The notes below the pieces were generated by a model, which worked only from the letters and a program-made list of their open reading frames with translations, searched no databases and had not been told where the DNA came from. From NCBI GenBank assembly GCA_025594325.1, contig JANHCV010000002.1:1550001-1614000 (forward strand): a stretch of 64,000 bases of DNA. Reading direction: 5' to 3'. The DNA comes from Blastocladiella emersonii ATCC 22665. Taxonomy: Eukaryota > Fungi > Blastocladiomycota. Shown piece after piece: positions 21,076 to 34,151 of this stretch (position 1 is its first letter; the number at the start of each line of letters is the position of its first letter). The position numbers were made by a program, and so were the translations under genes.

Positions 21076-22535
21076 GCCGGCCGCGGTGAGCAGGCGGCCC
21101 CACCATCCCAACGAGCGAGGAGACGACGGCAAACCCGTCGGCCCACTCGACACGTTTTCGTGCTGGAGCGATAAATATAAGCGCGTTGCGACAAGTTACA
21201 TGGATTAGCGGGAGCGGTGGATGACTCTGTGACCCGGGCAGGGGCGGGCGCATGACGGATCGCGCGACGCGTCTCGCAGCGGGCACGTGGGTGCTGCGGT
21301 TCCGCGTGGCTTGCCCGTCAAGCCCCTCGCGCGCGCGGGCCGCGTGTTCCGGGTGCTCGGGTCAAACGGGACGCGTGCGGCCATGAGACGCGGCCAACAG
21401 ACCGAATTATATTATCGGCGCGTCATTTCGCGCACATTACAGGGTTTGATTGTCCCCCACCTGACTCGATGATGGGCCCGTCTCGCTCAGCAGCACCGCC
21501 GGCCGCGGTGGGGTGCATTCGCGGCCACCGGCCACGGTCAAGGCCGGCCATGGCCGCCTGCCCCACCTCCGCTGCCGTCGAAGATCACTCCCTTCTATTC
21601 TCAGTTCCTGAGACTCGCATCCAGCGCTCGCTCGGCCCGCCCGCCTGACCGACCTCGAGCACGTATCCAATCCGGCCCCGGTGCTCCCGATCCGAGTGTG
21701 CAGCGTGGGTCGCCCGTCTGCCTTGCTCGGAGGATTTCTGCCTGCCCGCCGGCCGACCGACCGACTGCCGACCGTCCCGGCCCATCCGACACGCACATCA
21801 CCGCCGGCCGCCCGCTGCCCGCTGCTCTCTCTCCCCGCACTCGACCTGCACCTGCCCGCCCTCCGTCGCGACGCTCATCTGCACGCACCGGCCGTGATTT
21901 CATTTCCCGGCAAGCCATCCACCTGCAGGGACCGACGGCGCAAGCCTCGCCGACTTCATCTCCTGCCCCCCGCTGCTCGACTGCCGCTGCGCCCCTGCTG
22001 TCCGCGGCCACGGCCCAGAGTCCTCGGTACGCTTCGCTGCCCGCTGCATGCACCGCCGTCGCCGGCCCGTCGGCGCCTCGCCTCGTCTCGCCTGCCCGCC
22101 CCGCTGCAAGCCCTCTCTCCCTCCCATCCACCCGCCGCCGCCGCCCGCCTCGTACGACCTTCTCGACTCGCTCGCCCACGCAGGTGTGGCTCGATAAACC
22201 CGCCCTCGCCTCGCCACCAGCCTGCTCCGCTGCATCTCTCGCGTCGAGCACTCGCCCTCAGCCGCTACGCTCTCTCCTCCCTTCCATACCTTGTACAGCC
22301 TGTACAGTCCCCGACATCGATACCGAACAAGCGAGCGAGCGAGCGCGCGTGCAAGTGCTGGCCACCTGCCCCGTCCGCTCCGCCCCTCCCGACCAACCCG
22401 ACCCCCATCATCATCATCACCCGCTTCGCTTGCCCCAGCTTGCTGACTGACGTGCTGCTGCGTGGACCTGCAGCTCTCTCCCCCACCCACCAACGCACCG
22501 ACCTCGCACCAACCAACCCCCTGCAACCGCACGCC

Positions 22536-25121
22536 ATGGACGAGCTCGGCCTCATCTCGTCGCAGATTCCGCTGCGGCGACCGTCCGTCATCTCGCTCGT
22601 GTCGGACCCGCCCACGCCCAACATGTCGTCCGTGACCCCCAAGCCCGGCTCGGCCGGCTCCAACGCGACGGCGGCCAACCCGGCCGACCTCGCCGCGCCT
22701 GTGCACGCGGCGGCCTCGTCGCCGCTCCCGCCGCCGCCGCAGCTGCCGCTCGACGCGCCCACCGTCGCCAGCACCTTCACCTTCCCGCCGCCGCCCGCCA
22801 ACAACACGCTGTCGCTCCTCGACGGGGACAGCGGCAGCGACCCGCTCAACATGGCCGGTAACGGGAACAACGGCAGCGGGTCCAACGACGCCCTCGGTCT
22901 CGCTGGCGAGACCCTCTCGGGCGCCTCGTCGGCGTCCAACTCGGACGCAGCCTCGCAGCAGCAGCAGTACCAGCAGCAGCGCGCCCAGCTCCCGCTCGCG
23001 CAGCCGTACTCGGCGCACTACGCGTCGCCGTCGCCCGCCATGGCCACCGTGTCGCCGTACCGCCGCTCCTCGCTCGCCACCCTCCTCCCGCAGCACTCGC
23101 AGTCGCAGCTCGGCGGCATGCCCACCTCGGGGCTCGCCGGCCAGCCGCTCACGGCCATCCACGACGAGCACGCTCCCACTACGTCGGCGCTCGGGTTCGT
23201 GACCACCGACGGCACGGGCGGCAGCAACTCGGGTGATGCGACGGGCCACCTCAACACGCCCGCGGCGTCGCCCGCGATGCTCGTCGGCAGCGCGGCCGTG
23301 AACGGCACCTACGGCGGCGCGCAGGGCCAGAACGGGCAGTACTTTGGCACGTCCGTCCCCTCGAACGCGAGCCCGCTCGCCGTGGCCGCGAGCCGGCGCC
23401 GCGCGTCGCTCCCCGCGACCATGTTCTCGCACTCGGCGACGGGCGGGCACCCGCCACCACTCCCCGCGCACGCGCAGCAGCCCGGGTTCCACCCGCTGCA
23501 CCCGCAGTTTGCCGCCTTCCGCAGCCACCCGGCCGGCACCTCGCACCACGGCGCCCACCGCCACCACCCGTACGCGCCCTCGGTCACCACCGACGGCGGC
23601 ATGTCCGACTCGTCGTCCGTGTTCTCGGTCAGCCTCTACGACCAGAACGGCCGCCAGCAGCAGCAACAGGTGATGCAGCAGCAGCAGCAGCAGTCGCCGC
23701 AGGTTCGCCAAGATGCGAATGCGGTCCCGACGCTCAACGCCGCCGAGCCGTACCACCAGCACGGTATCCCGCCCGCGCCCATGTCCAACCGGTCCCAGGG
23801 CAGCGACGACGGCATGTCGCACCTCTTTGGCCAGGCGTCGCTCGGCGAGCTCGGTCCGTTCGGCACGAGCCAGCCCAGTACGTTTTCTCCTCATGGTGCC
23901 CCGGTCGCCGTGAACAGGCTCTAACACCCGCACCCGTTAGACGAAATGTACCCCTCCCCCGCCGTGTCGTACACGCCGCGCCTGCCCTTCGAGTCGATGC
24001 TCGCGCCCGGCAGCTCGCCCGCCGCCACCGCGAACGGCGGCGGCGCCCAGACCACCACGGGCGTCATGCCCAACGGCGACACGGTCGACTTTGTCACCAT
24101 GGGCCTCATGCCGCAGCTCCAGCAGCCGCACCAGCTCCAGCACCCGATGCAGCAGCAGCAGCAGCAGATGTACCAGCTGCCGCACCCGCACCAGCAGCAG
24201 CAGCAGATGGGCCTCCAGCACCCGAACGCGCACTACCACCACCACCAGCACCACCAGGCGGCGCCCGGGTCCTCGTCGTCGTCCGACGAGGCGGGCGCGG
24301 GCGACTCGGGCAACGAGGGCGGTCTGGGTGACAGCCCGCAGGCCAAGCGCAAGGAGGGCGGCGGCGTTTCGGGCGCCGGTGGCGCGTCGGGCGACTTCCC
24401 GTGCCCGCACCCCGGGTGCGGTAAGGTGTTCCAGCGCAACCACAACCTCAAGTCGCACATGCTGACGCACTCCGAGGACAAGCCGTACCTGTGCACCAAG
24501 TGCGACATGGCGTTCCGCCGCAACCACGACCTGCGCCGCCACTACCGGCTGCACTCGGGCGTCAAGCCGTACGTGTGCCCGCGCTGCGACAAGAGATTCT
24601 CGCGGTCCGACGCGCTCCGCCGCCACGTCAAGGTCGAGGCGTGCGTCAGCGGCGTCGTCCTCCCGCTCGCGTCGCCTTCGGCCCAGATGCAGGCCAACAT
24701 GTCGTCGGTCGCTGCCGCTGCTGCGGCTTCGGCTGCCGCCCATATCCAGCAGCAGCAGCAGCAGCAGCAAGGTGCCGCCGCGTCGCCCGCGTACGCGGCG
24801 CTCCAGCACCCCGCCGCCCAGTCCCAGCAGGCGCAGCAGGCGCAGCAGGCGCGCGCCCAGCGCGAGCAGCAGCAGCAGCAGCAGATGTACGCGGCGCAGC
24901 TCGCCCAGCAACAGCAACAGCAGCAGGCGTACAACAACCAGCAGTACGCGCAGCAGCAGCAGCAGTACACGCAGCTCCAGCACCCGGGCGCCCAGCAGCA
25001 GCAGCAGCAGTTCCAGTCGATCCAGCCGCACCCCGACGGCGGCATGCACCAGTTCATGACGACGACCGGGTCGGCGAGTGGTACCCCGTCCATGATCTCG
25101 CTCACGGGCGTGCCCATGTAA
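22536..25121 (+). CDS. Three-finger C2H2 transcription factor, Crz1-like
   Basis: Likely ATG 22536, intron 23878-23940. [23 protein letters not shown] / [21 protein letters not shown] / [17 protein letters not shown] resemble Crz1/CrzA recognition helices. Poly-Gln flanks. Confidence 0.85.
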
Positions 25122-28100
25122 GGCGGCGGCGGCCGCCGTTGTCGAGGTTCGAGGAGGGGTACCGCTGCTGGTCCGGCGTGCCCCCCTCTCGAACCGCGCA
25201 GTGCTTGGTGTGTGTGTCCCCGCTGGACCGTTGTAAATAATGCTGTACCTCCCTCCCTCCTCTCATCTGTCTCCCCTCCCTCCCTCTCCCCTACCTTATT
25301 TCGATTGACATGCCAGTCTGGCGTAGCGTATCCTTCCCTGTCGGTTCAGTTCTAATGTATGCTGGTGTGTTCCATCCACGTCGGGCGCGAGCCAAGGAGC
25401 GGGCGAGGCGGAGTGGTCGCTGCTGAGATGGTCGCCGCGACGCGATGCGCCACGCACAACGCCGCCGGGGCCTCGAACCGGCTTCCACGACGGCCGCCGA
25501 GCCCGTCCATGAAGCAACCCGTCGCCATAATGCAACCCACCACATGCAACAACTAGTCTGGCTGGCGTCCGTCACCGTGCCGGTCCCCACTCGCCGTCTC
25601 GCCGCCCGTCCCCGACGCCCACAGCACGGGCCGTCAACAGCACGCAATGACGAGGCGCAGGGGATGCCGCAGTGGGCTGTCCCGCCGCCGCGCTGCTGTC
25701 GATGTGCAGCGAGGACCTGCTGCGCCACCGTCCATGCCGCGGACGTGCAGACCAAGGCACCGCGGCGCCCTCGAGCCCACCGTGTGTGCGCGTACCCTGC
25801 AGCCCACCTGGCGGGCGACGTGGCGGCCGCGGTCGCGATCCTCGACGCGCTGCCCGACGCCAACCGGTGCGTCGCGCGGTACCTGCTCGCCAAGGAGGAC
25901 GCGGACGGGATCGACGGGCGCGAGGTGTCGCGGATCTGAGCGAGATGGATGTGAGAGGGGGCCTTAGTTCAGTGTCGTGATCCAGTAGTAATAGAAGCCT
26001 ATACAGGGGATACAGGGGAAAATCAACGAAGGTCCCTTGGTCGCGGCGTTGAAGCGGAAGCCGGTGAAGTCGGTCGTGGCGACGCGAGCAATGCGTGTGA
26101 CATGGCCGAGGTCACCCAGCGTCGGTTCTCGCTCTCCATCCACACCAACGCAACTCCACCACTCCCATGAATCACACCCGTAGCTTCATGCAATCCACTG
26201 CCCGCGACCCCGCCGAGGCCCTGACGCCCGGGGCACGGTGCGTCGTCGTGCGGCCCGACGTGATCAGTTTCGCGATCACACCTCTTCCCACGCCAGCTGT
26301 ATCGCCGGGACGGTCATGATACTCGCGCGCGGCATTTTCGAGGTGCGACAACGCCCTGCGCAAGCGCGGCCGATGTGTAACTCGGCGCAGGAGGGCGGGC
26401 TCTGCAGCGAGGTCGACGATGGGCGTGAGCCGAGCGACCACGCATCCCGCGCTCGTCCCCGGCCTCACTGCTACCTGCGCTCGTCGCTCTGGCCGTCTTG
26501 ACTGAGCCGCAGAGGAGTCCGACGTGAAGCGCGGCGAAAAAGGGTGGTCTGTGCAGCGAGGTCGGCCACCTCGCGCCCTGGCCACGCAGCCCGCGCGTCA
26601 CTCTGCTCTCACAGGTGCTACCGCTCACCGCGTCGCCCGCCTCGACTGACTTGAGCCCTCGAAACCCGTCACCCTCGAGTGTAGTGCCGGATGCGACAAG
26701 TCGGACAGCGCGCCGGCTCGCGCTCAAGGCCGTGGGGGTGCGTCGCGCGACCCGCCTGCTCCTGCGGGAGACCGCGCTCACTGGTAGTGCTCGGTGTAGC
26801 GTAACTCGTTGCTGGTGGTGGGGGCGGCAGTCAAGAGCGGCTGCGCCACGGGGGCGGTCGGTACTCCTGACGTCGGCTCCCACGCGGCGGCGCGCGCACG
26901 CGTTGCTCGGGCAGCGTGGGGTCGGTGGCGGCGCCACATCACGCGGTATGACCGACGTGCTCTTCCGGTTCCTTCGTCCGTACGAACTGACCCGATCCGC
27001 CCGCTCACATGTATCTTCCTCGTCGAGACTTGCTGAAACTATGCTGGGTCGGCGTTGCTGAGGGCCTCGTCGCGCACTTTCCTCGCATCACCGCCTCATT
27101 CGTAACTCGTGCCGGATTCGTCCCCCTCCCACTTACCTCATACCTCGTACCGCATCGCCACTACCGCTACACACGGCCGCTCCTGATCCTTACTCTTGCC
27201 AAGACTATCCTCTCGATCGCCGCACGGTGGTTCTCGGACCCTCCCCCCCCCCCCCCGCTCGCTCCCCCGCTCATACACTCGCGCTCGTGCACGCTTCCCC
27301 GCCACCAGCCTGCCGCTCGACGAGGAAGCTTTGGAGGCGGTCTCTGACCGGAATCGTTGTGAGAGAGCGACTTGTTCGCCGGACCACGCTTTTGCGCTCA
27401 GCTCGAACGGTGGCCGTGCAATCGACTACTTGCGCGAGCCTGCCGTTCGGGCCTCTTGCTCGCTCGTCGAAGTCGTCGGAACTGCGCATGAAGCGCCTCT
27501 GGGATGAAGATTAACCCGCTGGAGGAAGCTCTATCGTGACGGTGCGCAGGCACCAGCGATCTCAGCTCGCTGATCCCGCGGCGTGGCCGATCACCGCGCT
27601 CCGCTGCAACAGCTACGCGTCGCGTGACGGTGCCAAGGTGCGAGACATCACGCTTTCGGCTCAGCCTCCTGCATCACCCGCTTTCGCTTCGGCCGAGCCG
27701 TGAAAGCGAGGGTCAGTCCAGGTCAGGTGCGCGGCGCTCGACTGACCATCGCGCTCGTTCGCCCGTCAGTCAGTCGTCGTGACCGACCGCGAATCCTCGA
27801 CTTCACCCTCGCTCACTAGCCCCCTACACACTGGCCGCAGTACAAGATGACTGCCCGCAACCCCGCCCACCCCTCTCTCTCCTGCTCCTCATCCGCCAGC
27901 CATTTGCACCCTCGTTAACACGACCCGCATCGACTCGACGGATTTCCAGGCGCAACGCTTCAAGTGTTGTTCCACCCCAACGCGCCTGCACCAAGCGCAC
28001 CCGGCTCTGCCCACCTGCTCCCGTTCAAGCTCGCCTTCGCCGTCGACGAACCACCTCGTCGTCATCGTTTTGACGCTCGTCCACGGCTCGACTTCTACGG

Positions 28101-28208
28101 CCCAGCACCCTCGGCATTGCCTCCTCCGCGCTCCCTGCACGCACACCCGACCGACCGACCAGCCTCGTTCCAGGCCAGTCCGTCGTCCTCGCTCCTGCCT
28201 CCCTCTCG

Positions 28209-28434
28209 CACGGTTACGGTACGCGCTGCGCGCTCGAATTGGCAACGGGCGGCGACCACTCACAGCGACCGACCCTCGACCTCCCCGTGTAGTCGTCGTT
28301 TCGACCAACCGCGCGTCCTCGTCACGGTTACGGTACGCGTTTTGCGCTTGATTAGTCGAGCGGCAACCACTCATGATGTCCATCTCTCGGCCTCCTTGTG
28401 TAGTCGTCGTTCGACAAACCGCGCAACGTCTTCA
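28209..28434 (+). repeat. Tandem duplication (about 113 bp x2) of a 5'-UTR intron plus exon
   Basis: Both units start CACGGTTACG|GTACGCG and contain CCACTCA and GTGTAG|TCGTCGTT. Predicted introns 28219-28292 and 28333-28403. Confidence 0.8.
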
Positions 28435-28436
28435 CC

Positions 28437-30143
28437 ATGGCCGCTCAAGGTCAAGACCCCGTCCCGGCCTGGCTCACCCGCGACGCTCACCTCTTCTCCA
28501 TCGGGCATGTCCTCGAGATGCGCGACTGGTTCGAGATGAACCGCGTCATGGGCATGCCCGGGATCCAGGACGCCCCCGTCAGCCAGCCGGCCACGGGCAT
28601 CATTGCCTTCGAGACGCCCGAGCTGGAGGCCACACCGCTCGTGGCCGCTCCCGAGGCCACGTCGCTCGTGTCGGCAATCGAACCCGCGCCGCTCGTGCCC
28701 GCGCTCGATGCCGCGCCGCTCGTGTCGGCAATCGAGGCCGCGGCGCCCGTTTCGACGCCCGAGACCGCGTCGCTCATTTCGGTGTCCTCGATCGACTCGG
28801 TGTCGGCCCTCGCCGCGATCGAGACCACCCCCACCACCCCCGCCGCCGCCGACCCTGCTCCCGCTGACTCTCACGAGGATGCGGTCGAGCACCCGGCGGC
28901 CGGCCTCGCCGTCGCCGACTCGGGCTCGCAGGAGCACCTCGTGCCCGCGCCCTCGGCGGCCGCCACCTCGACGACCAAGCCGCTGTCGCTCTTCAACAAC
29001 TTTGCCGGCAAGGTCGTCGACGCGCTCGTGGCACCCTTCAAGTGCCTCCGCGCCTCGGCGTCGCAGTTCAGCCTCGCTGGGGTACGGTTTCTAGATTACG
29101 TTACTCGCTCGACCGCCTTGCTCACTCACCATCACGCGCCGCATATCGCCCAGACCCCCGTCGCTCCGCTCACGGTCCCCAAGCAGCAGCTGCACCTCGA
29201 GACCGACTCCGTCGCTGTCAAGGTCTCGACTCCCATCACCTCGCCCTCGGCCGTCAAGGCGACCAAGGCGCTCAAGACGCCCAAGGACTCCAAGCTGCGC
29301 CGCGTCGCACGCTTCGCCTTCAACAAGGTGGCGGGCATCGCCACGCGCGCCGACGGCCTCGACAAGGGCGACGCGTCTACGGGCGCCCAGGCCGCCCGCA
29401 TCGTGCTCGAGGTCCCGTCGCGCGACCTCGCCAAGGCGCTGACAGCGCTCGCCGTGCCCGAGCTCGGCAAAACTGTCGACAACGTCCGCGCGGCCGCTCG
29501 CGGCGTCGGGTCGGCTGACCCCAAGTTGCTCGGGTCCGCGGTGGCCAAGGCGCTTGGGGAAAACAACAAGACGACGGTACACACCGGGGTCTACAACCTG
29601 GTCAAGCTGTCGGTCAAGGGCGCCGCGTCGCTGGACGATGCGGTGGTCCAGAAGTGGATCCGTGTCGCCGAGGTACGTTGCTCTCGCCTCACGTCGCCCG
29701 CATCGAGAGCCCGCCCACTCACACACTCAACACGCGCGCGTCAATAGCACTGCCTCCGCTCCAACTCGGACTTTTCGACGCTCAACGCGACCAGCCTCGC
29801 GCTCGAGTTCATCGACGCCGACAAGGCGTTCACGATGGCGCCGCACGAGCGCCGCGCGCTGAAGCGCATCCTCGCGCTCAACAACGTGTGCGACAAGACC
29901 AAGGGCATCAAGATGCTCATGGAGAACAAGATGGTGGCCGCGGCGTCGGCCCAGTGCACGCCCCGCATGGTGCCACTCGTCGCGCCCGTGCTGGCGACGC
30001 TGTGCACAGCCGAGGTGTCGACCGTCGACGGGTCGTACGCCAAGAGCGTGGCCAAGGCGGTCGAGTTCTTTGGCCGCATCGAGTTGCCTCTGATCGCGCC
30101 CGCCCCCGAAGCCGTGTTCGTGGCCGTGGCGGCGCTGATCTGA
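28437..30143 (+). CDS. Hypothetical protein: acidic Ala/Pro-rich N-terminus, helical C-terminus
   Basis: Strong GC3 codon bias. Probable introns after about 29081 (GTACGG..CAG) and about 29672 (GTACGT..TAG). No family recognised. Confidence 0.7.
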
Positions 30144-31081
30144 GGGAGGGAGGGAGGAATGGAGGGAGCGCGTGTACGCGCTCCGAGTCGAGTGGGTGTC
30201 GGTTGTGTAAGTATTTGTATCGTTCGAACCTAGTGTACTTTAAACTTGAATCTCTTGGCCGCTCTCCGCGATTGGGAAGTCGCTCATGTCTCTCGGCTCC
30301 CCCTCGCGCGTGCGAGGACGCGACGCGAAAAGGCGTGACCTCGCTCGCAGCTGAAACGCGAGCCGCGAGACACTTTCCATCCCTCCCGCTTCGCTCACGC
30401 TCCCGCATCCCACGCGTCCCTGCCGACGCGGATGCAAGCAAATGGAAACCAACTGGATGCAATGCGCAGCGCGCCGCAGCGGCCACGCGAAGCTCCGCGA
30501 AAATGGACCCTGCCTTGGCGTCGGCACCCCGATGGCGCGCCGCGAGCGCGACTGGATCTAGCGCAACGGCTCGAGCGGGCCTCGAGATTGCGCCGCGCGT
30601 CCCTGCCGGCTCTTCGGGAAGGTGGCGTCTAGCTTTATGTGCCCGCTGGCGCACGGAGCTAGGCGCCAGCTGGCGAGGGAGCCAAGCTGCGCGCGTGCCC
30701 GCGATCGGGATCGCTCCGCTGCCGCACCGAAACTGGAGCTGCCCGCTAGATCCCTCGGCGGCGCGTCCCTTCCATTGACGTGACGCCGGCGGGATCCACT
30801 CTCGATCAGCAACGGAGCCAGGCTGCGCCCCGCGTCCTTCTCGCCGCCTTCCTCGCTGGATCTCGAGCTGCACGACCACCGCTGCTCGCTGCTCGCCCTC
30901 TCCGCCCTCACCGTCCCCGGCCCGCCCATAAATACCGGCCGCCGCCCCGCATCCCTCCCTCTCGATTCGACAGCGAGCATCTCCCAGTCCGCTCTCCCCT
31001 TGCACCCTTGCACACCTCCGCCTGCGCCCTCGGTCGCACAGCCTCCCCTCCCCTCCTCACCACCCAACCCCCTTCTTCACC

Positions 31082-31387
31082 ATGACCGGCTACGGCTACG
31101 GCGGCGACTCGTTCGGCTCCTACGACTCTGGGTACTACGGTGACGACTCGTACGGCGGCTACGACTCTGGGTACTACGGCGATGACTCGTACGGCGGCGG
31201 CTACGACTCCGGGTACTACGGCGACGATTCGTACGGCTCGTACGACTCCGGGTACTACGGTGACGACTCGTACGGCGGCTACGACTCCGGGTACTACGGC
31301 GACGACTCCAAGGGCTACGACTCCGGGTACTACGGCGACGACTCCAAGGGCTACGACTCGGGCTACTACGGCGACGGCTGCTGCTAA
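31082..31387 (+). CDS. 101-aa Tyr/Gly/Asp/Ser tandem-repeat protein ending in Cys-Cys
   Basis: Good start context (CACCATG). Seven YDSGYYGD cores whose DNA differs mainly at synonymous positions; CATAAATA and a pyrimidine tract lie upstream. Confidence 0.8.
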   Translation: MTGYGYGGDSFGSYDSGYYGDDSYGGYDSGYYGDDSYGGGYDSGYYGDDSYGSYDSGYYGDDSYGGYDSGYYGDDSKGYDSGYYGDDSKGYDSGYYGDGCC

Positions 31388-32323
31388 GCCGCTCGCGACC
31401 GTCCGGCCGCTCCCTCTGCTCTTCCTCCCGTCGTTCCTTTGTCAATTCTCCCTCCCCTCTCGTTGTTCTCTCGCCCTCTCCTCTCGCCCTCGCTCCTGTC
31501 GCCTATCGCCGCCTGTCGGTAATATAGCTGCGGTTGAGTCTTCTTCATCTCGTTTCTCTCGCGTTTGTGCTAGAGTTAGTTGGTTGATGGGCGTTGTTGA
31601 GTCGCTTGATCTTGTCCAGAATCGCGATTGCAGCCCTTGTCTCGGCCACGGTCATGCTTGTTTCCGACTTTGCGTCCCGGTCGTTTTTTTTTAAAGCGAG
31701 TTTGGTTTGAGAGCCTCGAAGCTCGACGTTCGCGGCCTCATCTCGTTGACGCGAGTCGAGCATCTGCTCTCTCAGCCCGGTCTTGACCATCCTGAGGAGC
31801 CCTAGGCGCTCCATATTTCGATGAACGACCGTTACCACTTTCCGACTGGACGTCGGCGTTGGCCACCGACCTCGTGCCTTAAGGACGCGTTGAACGCGTT
31901 GATCACATCACGTGCGCATGACCCACGCGTGGCTGCCCCGCATCGCTGCACGCAACGCGAGGTGCCTCGAGTGAAGCGGCGCTTTTTGCAAGCAATCCCG
32001 CCTAGATCGAGTGGCGAGAACACCCTGGCCCGCGAACCCGTCCATCTTTCTGTAACTGGGCCAGCCATTCAGCGTGCTCGCTTTGCTTCGGCTTGCTGCA
32101 CTCGAGGTTGAGCACCTGTGACCCGTGAAGGCGGAGTCAGTTGTCGAGACGGTCAGCGTATCATGGCTATGGCGTCGATTGCGAGCGACCGCTGTGTGCG
32201 ACTGGACAAGCATCAATCCGGCGCTCAAGAGCTCATCCCGAGCTAGGTCGACGACAATTTCCTGCTGGCTGTCAGGTCGTCAAGTGCTTGCTCCGAGTGT
32301 GCATTCCATCTATTTCAATTGAT

Positions 32324-34114
32324 CTAGGCAGTTCTACTCTCCGCAGCTCCCATCTTCCCTCGCCGCCTCGCCGTCGCCTTCTTGACGATCCCCGCGGCCC
32401 GCGCGCGGACCCACCCGACTGCGCGCGCGATCCACGCGCGCTTCTTGTTCAGCACCGGCTTCTGGACCTCGCCCGCACCGAGCTCGATGGCGCTGTCCGC
32501 ACGCGACGGCGCCGCGAGCGAAGCCAATGAAGTCGACGAGGCCGAAGTGAGCGACCGCGTTCGCGCCCGCCTGCGCGTCGCCGTCGACCGCCGGTGCAGC
32601 CACGCGGTCCACCCGCGGCGCTCGGCGGCGGGCGTGCGCCACCACGCGCGGAGCCACGGCCGCGGCTTCTGCGCGGTCCCGCCCGTCGGCGTCGCGCGGT
32701 GGATGTCGGGCGCCGACTTGGACGTCGTCGGCGGGTGTCGCGGGACGCGCGGCGGGGATGGCGGGGTGCGCGTGCCGGCCGCGGTCGTGGTCTCGGACGG
32801 GAGCGGGATCTCGAGCTCGGGCGACGACAGGTACCGCGCGAGCGCCTGTGGCGGAGGAGGGGGTGGCAGCGCGTGGGCGCCGTCGCCATCGCCGAGGTGC
32901 GCGATCGACGACCGCTCAATGTCGCGGAACAGGAGCGACGCGGGCGAAATGGGTTCCGAGGCCGCCGAGGTGTGCGAGCGGGTCCGCGTGAGCGCGGGTT
33001 GTGGTGGTGGTGGGGAGAGGAGCGACGGGGACAGCGGGCGCACCACGTCGTCGAGCGTCAGCGGCTCGATCCCGGCGAGCTGCAGGCTGCGCGGGCCCGA
33101 CGCGGGGCCGTTGAGCATGCGCTTGAGCTTGGCGGCCGCGGCCGCGGGGACATCGAGAGCAGGCGGTGCCGCAGCAGCGTGCGCAGGGGCGGGCTTGCCG
33201 CTCGCGGTGCCGGGCGCCGGCGAGTTACCGCCCGAGTGCGACGGCGACGCGCCCGCGGACATGGTGGCGCGCCGGAGGCGGGCGATGAACTTGGCGACCT
33301 GCCACGCCGGGTTGACGCGGGCAATAGCCGTCGACACGTCCTCGGGCGTAACCTCGTCCGGGTGCACCGTGACCTGCACGTTCTCGTCCTTGGACGGCAG
33401 CACCTCGGTCCCGCCGCAGGTGACCCATGGGTGGTCGCGGATCTCGTCGAGCGTCGCGCGCGTCGACGGGTGCTTGTCGAGCATGCGCGCGAGCAGGTGC
33501 AGGAGCTCAGGCGACAGCGGCGGCGTGCCAGCTGGTGCGAGTGGCGACGGCGTCCAGTCCGGGTCATCGTGGCTGATGGCGCGGTATAGCCCGACGATGC
33601 TGGTGCTGAGGAACGGCAGACGCCCGAACACCATGCAGTACAGCGTCACGCCCATGGCCCAGATGTCGATGGCGCGCGCAGCGCGGCTCCGTGCCGCGGG
33701 CTCGGTGGCGGTGGTCGACAAAGGCGGGAGGCGCGGAGAGAGCGACGCGAACGGCAGCCGCGGCGAGAGCGCAGGCGTGCCCGGCGCGCTGCGGACCGCA
33801 GTTGGCGTCGTCGCGCCACTCGTCGGCGCCGTCGGGACGTAGACGGACATATGGCACAGCTCGGGCGCGACGAACGCGGGCGACCCCGAGGGCCCGCTCG
33901 TGTGGTGGTCGGCCGAGAACATTTCGGAGATGCCAAAGTCGACGAGCTTGACGCGGTCGTCGGCCGTCAGCAGCAGGTTCTCGGGCTTGATGTCGCGGTG
34001 GAAGATGTCGTGCTCGTGCAAGTACTCGACGCCGAGGACCATGTCCTGGAAGTAGCGGCGTGCGCGGTCCTCGGAGTAGGGCTCGACGCACCGCGCGGTC
34101 GGGTCGGACACATC

Positions 34115-34151
<37 letters not shown>

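Noticed and set aside
21681-22535. N-terminal extension of the zinc-finger ORF (likewise 35196-35963 for the Nrp1-like gene)
   Set aside because: Non-ATG starts running through pyrimidine-rich UTR-like DNA without codon bias; downstream ATGs have good context.
19217-31387. CRISPR-like arrays (25-bp repeat; GY-repeat gene)
   Set aside because: No unique spacers, eukaryotic context, no cas genes; one is a contiguous minisatellite and the other a coding repeat.
31545-32228. Short minus-strand ORFs with coiled-coil-like composition
   Set aside because: No codon bias, motif or clear splice structure; cannot be supported.
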